Of a stretch of 64,000 nt of DNA, positions 52,270 through 61,632 are shown piece after piece. The position numbers and the translations under genes were made by a program. A model generated the notes under the pieces. The model had not been told where the DNA came from, did no database searches, and saw nothing but the letters and a program-made list of their open reading frames with translations. The DNA is from Myxococcota bacterium (GTDB taxonomy: Bacteria > Myxococcota_A > UBA9160 > JAFDET01), in assembly GCA_028278065.1 (NCBI GenBank), contig JANQFA010000251.1, forward strand, positions 11,186 through 75,185, read 5' to 3'. How positions within the stretch are numbered: position 1 is the stretch's first letter; every line of letters starts with the position of its first letter.

Positions 52270-53568
52270 CTAGCTGTCGCCGTCGGCCAGGTGGCGCGCG
52301 TCGAGCTCCGCCCGGATCCGGGCATGCTCGGCGGCGTCCAGCCGGAAGCCGCGGAAGATCGCCGCGCCGATCAGGTTGGCGACCAGCGGGGCGCCTCCGA
52401 AGAGGCCCTTCAAGGTCCACAGCGCCAGCGGTGTCTGCTGCTCGTTGGGGACGAAGCCGGCAGCATCGATCGCAAAGCCCGTCAGCGCCACCGTGCAGCC
52501 GGCGGCAGCCTTGAAGCAGAACCCGGCAGCTGCGGAGTAGGCGCCCTCCTTGCGCTCGCCGGTCTCGTACTCGTCGAAGTCCATGATGTCCGCGAGGACC
52601 GACTGGGAGACCGCGCCGCCCGCTCCGGCGAAGATCCCGGCCACGAGGAGCAGGCCGGCGGTGAGGGCCACGTCGCCCGGCCCCACCGTCATGGTGGACC
52701 CGAAGGCCAGGCCGTTTCCGACCATCGCGAAGAGCCAGACCGGGTGCTTCCCGAAGCGCCGCGAGAGCCTCACCCACATGGGCACCGACCCCACCGAGGC
52801 CGCGACGTAGAACGCCGGGAGCAGGGCCACCGCGTGGGGCGCCTCCAGGACGTACTTGGCCAGGAAGGGTGCGAGCACGCCGATGGTGGCGCCGCCCAGG
52901 GCTTCGACGAAGAGAACCGTCAGGAGGAGCCGAGCGTGGGGATTGCGCCAGACGTCTCGCGCGGCCTGCAGCGGGCGGCCGCTGCCACGGCCCTGGTACT
53001 CGACCCGCTCGCGCAGGGCCAGGGGGGGAATCGCGAGGATCAGGGCGGCGAGGGGAACGAAGAGGAAGACCACCGCCCTGGCTGCCTCGCGCGGCGCGGG
53101 CGCGTTCTGGACGAACTGGAGCGCGGCAAACGCCCCGACGATCCCGACCGTGAGCGCGATGTGGCGCACGGCGAAGATGCGCGTGCGGTCGTGATGGCCC
53201 TTGGAGAGCTCGGCTCCGAGCGATGCGTGTGGAATCGAGTAGAGCGTGTAGGCGGTGTAGAAGCCGAACAGGGCGATGCCCACCCATGCGACGAGGCGGC
53301 CGCCGGCGAGCGTGGCCGGCGGCATCCACAGCATCGCGAAGAAGGCCATGAGGAGGGGGAGCGCGGCCAGCATCCAGGGCCTGCGCCGGCCCAGGCGCGT
53401 GCGGGTGCGGTCCGAGAGGAACCCCACGATGGGGTCGGTCACCGCATCCCAGAGTCTCCCGATCGCGAAGAGGCCGCCGACCACCGCGGGAGCCACCAGC
53501 AGGACGTCGGTGGCGTAGTTCAGGAAGTAGACCTGGACGAAGAAGAGGGGCACCGACAGCCCCAGCAC
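52270..53568 (-). CDS. GPH-family (glycoside-pentoside-hexuronide) cation symporter
   Basis: Signature GRLWDAVTDPIVGFLSDRTRTRLGRRRPW. The only canonical in-frame start after the P450 stop is GTG 53568. The hydrophobic segment continues upstream (in-frame CTG 53604 and ATC 53589), so the start is uncertain. Confidence 0.75.
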   Translation of the reverse strand: MLGLSVPLFFVQVYFLNYATDVLLVAPAVVGGLFAIGRLWDAVTDPIVGFLSDRTRTRLGRRRPWMLAALPLLMAFFAMLWMPPATLAGGRLVAWVGIALFGFYTAYTLYSIPHASLGAELSKGHHDRTRIFAVRHIALTVGIVGAFAALQFVQNAPAPREAARAVVFLFVPLAALILAIPPLALRERVEYQGRGSGRPLQAARDVWRNPHARLLLTVLFVEALGGATIGVLAPFLAKYVLEAPHAVALLPAFYVAASVGSVPMWVRLSRRFGKHPVWLFAMVGNGLAFGSTMTVGPGDVALTAGLLLVAGIFAGAGGAVSQSVLADIMDFDEYETGERKEGAYSAAAGFCFKAAAGCTVALTGFAIDAAGFVPNEQQTPLALWTLKGLFGGAPLVANLIGAAIFRGFRLDAAEHARIRAELDARHLADGDS

Positions 53569-53642
53569 CGGGACGCCCCACGACAGGATGGGGCGCCACG
53601 GCAGACGCTCGTCGAGCGACGAGGGGTGGGGGGGAGACGCGG

Positions 53643-54992
53643 CTATCTGATCGGCTCGAGGGCGACGGGCAGCCCGTCCATCGGTTTGGAGATCGGTGCC
53701 TGCTGAAGCGGCATCCGGTAGCCCGGGTCGACCCGCCAGCGATAGCGCAGCACCAGCTGGTGCATGATCCCCTTGATCTGGGCTTCCGCGAACTTGAAGC
53801 CCAGGCAGTGGTGGGGGCCCCCGCCGAACGGGATCCACATGAACGTGTGGCGCTTCGACTCGTCGCGACCCGGGGAGAAGCGCTCGGGATCGAAGGTCCA
53901 GGGGGCGGTCCACCACTCCGCCATGTGGTGGGTGTGGATCGGCGAGACGACCACCATGCTCCCGCTGGGGATCTCGTAGCCGCACCACTCGAAGTCGTCC
54001 GTGGTGACGCGGGGGATCACGGGAAGCGGCGGGTAGCGCCGCAGCGTCTCTCGCATGACCCAGGTGAGAGCCTCGCGCTCCTCGACGTCCTCGAAGTCGA
54101 GGACGGCCTTGCCCAGGCCCAGAGCCTCCTCGCGCACGCGCTCCTGCCACTCGGGATGGCGCGCCAGCTCGTAGATCATCGACGTGAGGGTGCTCGTGCT
54201 GGTGTCGTGGGCGGCCATCATCAGGAAGATCATGTGATCGATGATGGCCTGGTCGTCGAGGCGGCTCCCGTCCTCGTCCTCGGCGCGGCAGAGCTCGCTG
54301 AACATGTCGCTGCCGTCGCCTTCGCGCCGAGCCGGGATCAGCTCGCAGAGGAAGGCGGACAGGGTCTCGCGGCCCTTCAGGCCCGCCTGGAACTCGAGGC
54401 CGGGGATGGGCAGGCGGATGCGCGACATCGATGCGGCCACCATGTCCTCGAAGGCGCGGTTCAGGCGCCGGGTCTCCGGACCCAGGTCGACTCCGAGGAA
54501 GATCGACGCCGCCATGTCGAGGGTCAGCTCCTTGACCGCGTCGAAGGCGAGGAAGTCGCCCATCCCACCCCACTCGGCGATGCCTCGCTCGATCATCGGG
54601 GTCATGCGCTCGACGTAGGTGCGCAGGACCGGGCGCCGGAACGCCTGATGCATGATGCGCCGGTGCTTGCGGTGCTCGTCGCCGTCCTTGAGGAGGAGGC
54701 CGTTGGGGAAGATCCTCCCCATGATCTGGGTCCACGGCCTCTCCGCCGAGAAGATCCCGTCGCGGTCCATCAGGACGGTCTGGCACGCATCGGGACCGAA
54801 CAGGTTCACCATCCGAAAGGGGCCTGCGGGCTGACGCACCAGCGGGCCCAGCTCGCGGTAGTGCCGATCCAGCGGGCCCAGCATGTCGATGCGGCCGCCC
54901 TTGCCGCCGAGGATCTGCCTCAGCATGGTCAGGGTGCCGACGGACGGGATTTCGTCGAAGGGCCGGAGTCTCGATGCGGAGGTCGCGGTCAT
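53643..54992 (-). CDS. cytochrome P450
   Basis: Heme loop FGGGPHHCLG, ExxR in ETLRRYPP, and I-helix MMAAHDTST. Confidence 0.9.
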   Translation of the reverse strand: MTATSASRLRPFDEIPSVGTLTMLRQILGGKGGRIDMLGPLDRHYRELGPLVRQPAGPFRMVNLFGPDACQTVLMDRDGIFSAERPWTQIMGRIFPNGLLLKDGDEHRKHRRIMHQAFRRPVLRTYVERMTPMIERGIAEWGGMGDFLAFDAVKELTLDMAASIFLGVDLGPETRRLNRAFEDMVAASMSRIRLPIPGLEFQAGLKGRETLSAFLCELIPARREGDGSDMFSELCRAEDEDGSRLDDQAIIDHMIFLMMAAHDTSTSTLTSMIYELARHPEWQERVREEALGLGKAVLDFEDVEEREALTWVMRETLRRYPPLPVIPRVTTDDFEWCGYEIPSGSMVVVSPIHTHHMAEWWTAPWTFDPERFSPGRDESKRHTFMWIPFGGGPHHCLGFKFAEAQIKGIMHQLVLRYRWRVDPGYRMPLQQAPISKPMDGLPVALEPIR

Positions 54993-55052
54993 CGCTCTCG
55001 GGCGGGGAGGATAGCCGAGGCTCCCGGTGCGTCGCGTGTGTAGACTCCCGAG

Positions 55053-57083
55053 ATGTCGCGCGCCGTGTTCGGACTGGTTTCCGGGGCTCTCTTCGTCGTC
55101 GGGCTGGGCTCGCTGGGCCTGACTGCGTGGATCTGGTTCGGCGACTGGCCGCAGGCGACGCGGGAGGTCGTCGACTACGAGCGCTCGGCGCGGGAGAATG
55201 CGGGGCGCGCTCCCGATCCGCTGCTGGCGAGCCCCCGCCAGCGCGAGGTGCAGTCGCTGAACGGCACCTGGGCGGCCGTGATCGATCCCTACGGCCGAGC
55301 CGGGACCCTCGGCATGGCACCGCGCGACGTCAAGCCCGGCTCGCCTTCGGACCTGGCCGAGTTCTCCTTCGACGGCGGCCTCACCCTCGAGGTCCCCGGC
55401 GACTGGAACACCCAGGACCCGCGTCTCGTCTTCTACACGGGGACCGTGTGGTACCGGCGCGTGTTCGAGCGCCCGGCGGTGGTGGACGGACGCACCTTCC
55501 TGTGGTTCGGGGCGGCTCACTACCGCGCCTCCGTCTATCTGAACGGGAAGCTCCTCGGCGTACACGAGGGTGGCTTCACTCCCTTCAACTTCGATGTAAC
55601 CGGACGCCTGCGTCCCGGCGAGAACCTCCTCGTGGTCCGAGTGGACAACGACAAGCGGCCCGAGGACGTCCCCACGCCGACGACCGACTGGCTCAACTAC
55701 GGGGGGCTCACCCGCGACGTCCTGCTGGTGGACGTTCCCCGGGTCTTCGTGCGCAGCTGGCGGGTGGGGCTCGTCGGAGAGCAGCCGGGGAGGATCGAGG
55801 CCGAGGTGATCGTCGCCGGAAGCGGTCCGGGAGAGGACGTGACGCTCACGATCCCGGACCTGGGCATCGAGGCCACCGCATCCACGGACGAGGTCGGTGT
55901 CGCCCGCTTCGGCTTCGAGGCGACTCCGGAGCGCTGGTCGCCGGAGACGCCTCGGCTCTACCGGGTGGAGATCGCCGCCGGGGACGACCGGGTCTCGGAC
56001 GAGATCGGCTTCCGCACCGTGAGCGTGCGCGGCCGCGAGATCCTGCTCAACGGCGCACCGGTCTTCCTGCGCGGGATCTCGATCCACGACGAGGAGGGCA
56101 TGGGGGGTGGACGGATCCACGACGAGGAGGGCGCGCGCCGCGTGCTCGGATGGGCGCGCGAGCTCGGCTGCAACTTCGTGCGCCTCTCCCACTATCCCCA
56201 CCCGGAGGTCACCGTCCGGCTGGCCGACGAGCTGGGGCTCCTGGTGTGGTCGGAGATCCCGGTCTACTGGAACGTCCGCTTCGAGAGCGAGCGCACCCTG
56301 GCGGTGGCGCGCACTCAGCTCGCGGAGATGATCGAGCGGGACCGCAACCGCGCCTCGGTCGTGATCTGGAGCATCGGCAACGAGACGCCGGAGAACGCAC
56401 CGCGCCATCGTTTCATGCGCACACTGGCCGAGCGCGCCCGCGAGCTCGATCCGACGCGGCTCGTGTCCGCGGCCCTCCTCACGGGGCCCGAGACCCTGGT
56501 TCCGTTCATGACGCGCTACTACGTCCCGGCCCTGCTCGGCCTGGTGCGCGGCGAGTGGCCGTTCGTCGTGAAGGACCCCCTCGTGGACGCCGTGGACGTG
56601 GCCGCCCTCAACGAGTACTTCGGCTGGTACTACTCGGGAGCGGTGGGGCTGGTCGGTCCCTGGTCGAGCCGGCACACGCGGCGGGTGATGCTCGACAACA
56701 TGGATCGCATCCGCTTCCGGATCCCGTCCGCGAAGCCGCTGATCGTGAGCGAGATGGGCGCCGGCGCGAAGCGGGGCCTGCACGCGCCCGAGGAGGAGCT
56801 GGCGGTCTACAGCGAGGAGTACCAGGCCCTGGTCTACCGCAGGCAGCTCGCGATGCTGGAGCACCAGGAGGGCCTGGCCGGCCTCTCTCCCTGGGTCCTC
56901 AAGGACTTCCGCACTCCGATACGGCTCTACCAGGGCGTGCAGGACCACTGGAACCGCAAGGGCCTCGTCTCCGACGATGGCGGGAAGAAGGCCGCGTTCT
57001 TCGTGCTGCGCGACCACTATCGCGAGCGCGCAGGGGGCGACGACGCTGGCAGCGCGGGAGCTCGCGACGCGGGAGGAGCTTGA
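55053..57083 (+). CDS. glycoside hydrolase family 2 (beta-glucuronidase/galactosidase-like) with N-terminal TM anchor
   Basis: Sugar-binding domain motifs (YRASVYLNG, GGFTPFNFDVT). Acid/base context WSIGNE and nucleophile context VSEMGAG. Confidence 0.85.
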   Translation: MSRAVFGLVSGALFVVGLGSLGLTAWIWFGDWPQATREVVDYERSARENAGRAPDPLLASPRQREVQSLNGTWAAVIDPYGRAGTLGMAPRDVKPGSPSDLAEFSFDGGLTLEVPGDWNTQDPRLVFYTGTVWYRRVFERPAVVDGRTFLWFGAAHYRASVYLNGKLLGVHEGGFTPFNFDVTGRLRPGENLLVVRVDNDKRPEDVPTPTTDWLNYGGLTRDVLLVDVPRVFVRSWRVGLVGEQPGRIEAEVIVAGSGPGEDVTLTIPDLGIEATASTDEVGVARFGFEATPERWSPETPRLYRVEIAAGDDRVSDEIGFRTVSVRGREILLNGAPVFLRGISIHDEEGMGGGRIHDEEGARRVLGWARELGCNFVRLSHYPHPEVTVRLADELGLLVWSEIPVYWNVRFESERTLAVARTQLAEMIERDRNRASVVIWSIGNETPENAPRHRFMRTLAERARELDPTRLVSAALLTGPETLVPFMTRYYVPALLGLVRGEWPFVVKDPLVDAVDVAALNEYFGWYYSGAVGLVGPWSSRHTRRVMLDNMDRIRFRIPSAKPLIVSEMGAGAKRGLHAPEEELAVYSEEYQALVYRRQLAMLEHQEGLAGLSPWVLKDFRTPIRLYQGVQDHWNRKGLVSDDGGKKAAFFVLRDHYRERAGGDDAGSAGARDAGGA

Positions 57084-57207
57084 GATGCCGGGTCCCATGA
57101 ACGGCGCGCGGGAGATCGTCGCGTAACACGCTGTCCCACTCGGCTCCCGCCCGGCGTCTATACTCAGCGTCGACGCTGCCCTTCCCATGCGGCCGAGGTG
57201 GAGCGAG

Positions 57208-58272
57208 ATGCAGGTCGGAGTCCTCCAGATTTTCCAGAACTACCTCGGTCGGGGACAGGACGCGGACGTCGTCGAGGGCGAGCGTCAGCTGGCGGTTCTG
57301 GCCGACGAGCTGGGCTACGACCGCCTCTGGGCGGTCGAGCATCACTTCACCGACTACGCCGCATGCCCCGACAACGTGGCGTACCTCTCCTGGCTGGCCG
57401 GGCGCACCGAGCGCATCCGGCTCGGCACGGGCGCGGTGATCGTGCCCTGGAACGATCCCCTGCGCGTGGCCGAGAAGTTCACGCTGCTCGACCACCTCTC
57501 GGACGGCCGCGCGGAGCTGGGCCTGGGCCGGGGCCTCTCGCGCATCGAGTACGCGCACTTCGGGATCGACATGGGCACCTCGCGCGAGCGCTTCGACGAG
57601 GGTGCGGACATGATCGTCGAGGCCCTCGAGAGCGGCGTGATCGAAGGAGACGGCCCGTTCTACCCGCAGCCGCGCACGGAGATCCGCCCGCGTCCTCTCG
57701 CCCCCGTGCGCGACCGCCTCTACTGCGTCGGCATGTCCCCCGACTCGGTCCAGGCGGCGGCGCGCCTGGGCGGACGGCTCACCACCTTCACCCAGACGGC
57801 CTGGGAGCTCTACGCCGACGGCCCGCTCCAGGAGTTCCGCGAGGCCTGGAAGCGCCATCACGACGGAGATCCGCCCGCGCCCCTGACCGGCGACCTCATG
57901 TACTGCCACCCGGACCCGGCCCAGGCCGAGGAGAAGGGCCTCGAGTACATGACCAACTACTTCCTCACGATCGTGAAGCACTACGAGATCATGAGCGACC
58001 ACTTCAAGGACACGAAGGGCTACGACTCGTACGCGAGCGCCTCCGAAGCCTTCAAGGCCGTCGGGCTGGAGACTGCGGCGCGGGCCTACTGCGCGGTCAA
58101 CTCGTGGGGAGACCCGGCGCGCATCCTCTCCGAGCTGGAGAAGAGACGAAAGCTCGTCGGCGACTTCCAGCTCAACCTGATCTCCTTCTACGGGGGCATG
58201 AGCCTGGCCGAGGCCGAGGAGAGCCTGCGTCTCTTCGCGGCGGAGGTGCTGCCGGTCGTCCACAGCTGGTAG
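57208..58272 (+). CDS. LLM-class (luciferase-like) flavin-dependent oxidoreductase
   Basis: Motifs FDRLWAVEHHF, RIRLGTGAVI and LDHLSDGRAELGLGRG. Start taken at ATG 57208 (MQVGVLQ). Confidence 0.85.
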   Translation: MQVGVLQIFQNYLGRGQDADVVEGERQLAVLADELGYDRLWAVEHHFTDYAACPDNVAYLSWLAGRTERIRLGTGAVIVPWNDPLRVAEKFTLLDHLSDGRAELGLGRGLSRIEYAHFGIDMGTSRERFDEGADMIVEALESGVIEGDGPFYPQPRTEIRPRPLAPVRDRLYCVGMSPDSVQAAARLGGRLTTFTQTAWELYADGPLQEFREAWKRHHDGDPPAPLTGDLMYCHPDPAQAEEKGLEYMTNYFLTIVKHYEIMSDHFKDTKGYDSYASASEAFKAVGLETAARAYCAVNSWGDPARILSELEKRRKLVGDFQLNLISFYGGMSLAEAEESLRLFAAEVLPVVHSW

Positions 58273-58281
58273 GATCGGGGC

Positions 58282-60681
58282 ATGCCCCCCACTCCCGACG
58301 AGCTCCTGGCAGAGCTGACCCTGGAGGAGAAGGTGACCCTTCTCTCCGGGTCCGACATGTGGCACGCGGCCGGCGTCGCGCGTCTGGACATCCCGCCCCT
58401 CAAGGTCAGCGACGGCCCCCACGGTGCGCGTGGAGCGGACTTCTCGGGCTCCGTCTCGGCTGCGTGCTTCCCCTGCGGCACCGCGATGGGAGCGACCTGG
58501 AACCCGGCTCTGATCGAAGAGGTCGGCGCCGCGATCGGCGACGAGGCGCTCACCAAGAGCGCCCACGTGGTGCTCGGTCCCACGGTCAACCTGCACCGCA
58601 CGCCCATCGCCGGCCGCAACTTCGAGTGCTACTCGGAGGACCCGCACCTCTCGGCCCGCATGGGAGTGGCCTGGGTGCGCGGCGTGCAGAGCCGCGGGGT
58701 GGGCGGCTGCGTCAAGCACTTCGTGGCCAACGACTCCGAGTTCGAGCGCCACACGATCAGCTCGGAGGTGGGAGAGCGGGCGCTGCGCGAGCTCTATCTG
58801 GCGCCCTTCGAGGCCGTGGTGCGCGAGGCCGATCCCTGGTCGGTGATGACCGCCTACAACCGCATCAACGGAACCTACGCGTGCGATCATCCCCTGCTCG
58901 CCGACGTGCTGCGCGGGGAGTGGGGCTTCGGCGGCTTCGTCGTCTCCGACTGGTTCGGGCTGCAGAGCACCGAGGCGGGAGTGGTCGCCGGGAACGACCT
59001 GGAGATGCCCGGCCCGGGTCGCCACCGGGGCGAGAAGCTGCTGGAGGCGGTGAGGGGCGGGCGTCTCGACGAGAAGGACCTGGACACCTGCGTGCGCCGC
59101 ATGCTCGAGGTCCGCGAGCGCGCGGGCATCCTCACCGGCGAGGTCGACGACGTCGAGGAGGCGATCGATCGGCCGGAGCATCGCGCCGTCGCGCGGCGCG
59201 CCGCGGCCGAGGGGATCGTCCTCCTCAAGAACGAGGGCGACCTGCTGCCCTTGCGGGACGCGGGCCGGATCGCGGTGATCGGACCCAACGCGCCGAAGAA
59301 GGCGATGATCGGCGGGGGGAGCTCCAAGATGCGGCCGCACTACGGGGTCTCGCCGCTCGCGGGCATCCGGGCGCGCGCCGGCGAGGGCGTCGAGGTCCTG
59401 TTCGAGCCGGGCTGCACCAACCACAAGGACACGCCGGTCCTCTCCGGCGACTTCGAGATCGCCTTCCACGATGGCCTGGCGCTGGAAGGGGATCCCATCA
59501 AGACGCAGAAGACGACCCAGGTCGAGTGCATGTGGCTCTCGAAGTTCGACGACGCGGTCGACCACGAGAGCTTCAGCGCCCGGATCCGCGGTCGCGTCGA
59601 GCCCCAGCACGAGGGCCGCTACCGGTTCGGCCTCACCAGTGCGGGGAAGAGCCGACTGCTGGTCGACGGCGAGCTGCTGATCGACAACTGGGACGCCCAG
59701 CAGAAGGGGAAGTCCTTCTACGGAGCGGGCAGCACCGAGAAGACGGCCGTCTACGACGCCGACGGGCCGTTCGAGGTGACGATCGAGTACAGCAAGGAGG
59801 GGGCGCCCGTGCTGGGGGGCGTGAAGGTCGGCTGCATCGAGCCGCTCCCCGAGGACGCCATGGCGCGCGCGGAGGCCGCCGCACGACTGGCCGACGTGGC
59901 GGTCGTGGTCGTCGGTCTGAACGGGGACTGGGAGACGGAGGGGCGCGACCGCGTGGACATGCTCCTTCCCGGCGACCAGGCCGAGCTGGTGGAGCGGGTG
60001 GTGGCTGCGAATCCGCGCACCGTGGTGGCGGTGAACGCGGGAAGCCCCATCGGCGGGGAGTGGATGGGTGCGGCGCCGGCCATCCTGGCGCTCTGGTATG
60101 CCGGCCAGGAGGGCGGCAACGCACTCGCCGACGTCCTCTTCGGCGACGTCTGTCCCAGCGGGCGCCTGCCCCAGACCTGGCCGCTGCGCGAGGAGGACAA
60201 CCCGGCCCACGTCGGCTACCCGGGCGAGCGCGGCAAGGTGCACTACGGCGAGGGCATCTTCATGGGCTACCGCTGGTACGAGAAGAAGAAGCTCGCTCCG
60301 CGCTTCGCGTTCGGCCACGGGCTCTCCTACACGAGCTTCGCCTACGGAGAGCTGTCGGCGACGGTCTCCGGGGACGTGGTGCACGTCTCGATTCCGGTCA
60401 CCAATACCGGCGCGCGCAGCGGCCAGGAGGTCGTCCAGCTCTACGTGCGCGACGACGAGGCGAGCGTGCTCAGGCCCGAGAAGGAGCTGCGCGCCTTCCA
60501 GAAGCTCTCCCTCGAGCCCGGACAGACGCGCAACGCGGAGTTCACGCTGGAGCGTCGCGACTTCTCGTTCTGGGATCCCGAGGCGCACGACTGGTGCCTC
60601 GAGCCCGGCGACTTCACGCTGCTCGCCGGCAGCTCGTCGGCAGACATCCGCGCCACGCAAGCCATCCGCATCGACGAGTGA
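58282..60681 (+). CDS. glycoside hydrolase family 3 beta-glucosidase with inserted PA14-like domain
   Basis: Motifs SDGPHGAR, KHFVANDSE and nucleophile GFVVSDW. A PA14-like insert (GRYRFGLTSAGKSRLLVDGELLIDNW) and a C-terminal Fn3-like domain. Confidence 0.9.
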   Translation: MPPTPDELLAELTLEEKVTLLSGSDMWHAAGVARLDIPPLKVSDGPHGARGADFSGSVSAACFPCGTAMGATWNPALIEEVGAAIGDEALTKSAHVVLGPTVNLHRTPIAGRNFECYSEDPHLSARMGVAWVRGVQSRGVGGCVKHFVANDSEFERHTISSEVGERALRELYLAPFEAVVREADPWSVMTAYNRINGTYACDHPLLADVLRGEWGFGGFVVSDWFGLQSTEAGVVAGNDLEMPGPGRHRGEKLLEAVRGGRLDEKDLDTCVRRMLEVRERAGILTGEVDDVEEAIDRPEHRAVARRAAAEGIVLLKNEGDLLPLRDAGRIAVIGPNAPKKAMIGGGSSKMRPHYGVSPLAGIRARAGEGVEVLFEPGCTNHKDTPVLSGDFEIAFHDGLALEGDPIKTQKTTQVECMWLSKFDDAVDHESFSARIRGRVEPQHEGRYRFGLTSAGKSRLLVDGELLIDNWDAQQKGKSFYGAGSTEKTAVYDADGPFEVTIEYSKEGAPVLGGVKVGCIEPLPEDAMARAEAAARLADVAVVVVGLNGDWETEGRDRVDMLLPGDQAELVERVVAANPRTVVAVNAGSPIGGEWMGAAPAILALWYAGQEGGNALADVLFGDVCPSGRLPQTWPLREEDNPAHVGYPGERGKVHYGEGIFMGYRWYEKKKLAPRFAFGHGLSYTSFAYGELSATVSGDVVHVSIPVTNTGARSGQEVVQLYVRDDEASVLRPEKELRAFQKLSLEPGQTRNAEFTLERRDFSFWDPEAHDWCLEPGDFTLLAGSSSADIRATQAIRIDE

Positions 60682-60698
60682 CCCGCGTCGGCGCGTGG

Positions 60699-60810
60699 TC
60701 CGGATCGGCAATGGACCCGCACCGAGATGCGCTCCGGATCGGCAACGGATCCGCACCGAGATGCGCTCCGGATCGGCAACGGATCCGCACGGAGATGCGC
60801 TCCGGATCGC
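60699..60810. repeat. 34-bp tandem repeat, 3.3 copies, each unit hairpin-capable
   Basis: Units lie at 60699-60732, 60733-60766 and 60767-60800, with a 10-bp partial unit to 60810. Consensus TCCGGATCGGCAACGGATCCGCACCGAGATGCGC. One to two substitutions separate neighbouring units. Internal inverted repeat CGGATC-N7-GATCCG. Confidence 0.95.
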
Positions 60811-60867
60811 GTGTGATTCGGGTCGCGGTCGGCGTCACCGTGCCGGCCGATTCCGGCACTCACGGGC

Positions 60868-61569
60868 ATGGCGAACCTCCCCCTGCGCCGCGCCGCCCGG
60901 CGTGCGCTGCGTCCTGCTTCCCTCCTGCTGCTCGGCTGCGTGCTGGCTGCCTGCTCGTCCACCCAGCCGCCGCCGGTGGCGCTGGGACCGTCCTCCTCGC
61001 AGGAGCTCGAGCAGCGGGCCTTCGCCGAGTTCGATCGCGGCCTCGACCTGGCTTCCGAGGGTCGCCTCGCCGAGGCCGAGCGGGCCCAGCGCCACGCGGT
61101 CGACCTGGCCGAGCAGCTCACCGATCCCGCCCATCCGGCGCTCGCCTCCGCGCTCTTCGGCCTGGCGGCCGTGCACGCGGAGCAGGGCCGCTACGGCGAG
61201 GCCGAGCTGGCCCTCTCCCGCTCGGTGCAGGCGCTCCTCGCGGGCGGCCTCGAGATGCAGGTGCTGCTCCCGGAGGCAGCGGTCCTGGCCGGCATGATCG
61301 CGCTCGAGCAGGGGCGGCTCCTCGACTCGGAGCTGGCCTTCCGCGAGGGCTGCAGGATGCGCCGCGCCTTCTTCGGCGCCGAGAGCGTCGAGATGGCGGA
61401 GTGCTCCCTCTTCTTCGCGCGGCTCGCCTACGAGCGCGCCTACTACGACGAGAGCCGCGCCCACCTGGTGGAGGCGCGCCGCATCGCCTCCGCCCGGGTC
61501 GCTCCCAATCACCCCCTGCACGGGGAGCTCGACGACCTGGGCGACGCGCTCGACCGCGCCGCGCACTAG
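60868..61569 (+). CDS. TPR-like lipoprotein
   Basis: Signal peptide with lipobox (LLLGCVLAAC). Helical repeats of the AEAERAQRHAVDLAEQL / YGEAELALSRSVQALL type. Confidence 0.7.
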   Translation: MANLPLRRAARRALRPASLLLLGCVLAACSSTQPPPVALGPSSSQELEQRAFAEFDRGLDLASEGRLAEAERAQRHAVDLAEQLTDPAHPALASALFGLAAVHAEQGRYGEAELALSRSVQALLAGGLEMQVLLPEAAVLAGMIALEQGRLLDSELAFREGCRMRRAFFGAESVEMAECSLFFARLAYERAYYDESRAHLVEARRIASARVAPNHPLHGELDDLGDALDRAAH

Positions 61570-61632
61570 CCGCTTCCCCGTCGGCTTCGTCGCGTCTCCC
61601 CGCTCCCCGCGGCGGGACCTGCTCGAGCGGGA

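Noticed and set aside
60699-60810. The 34-bp repeat array considered as a small CRISPR array.
   Set aside because: The units are directly adjacent with no spacers. There are only 3.3 copies, and no cas genes or leader are present. It is a plain tandem repeat.
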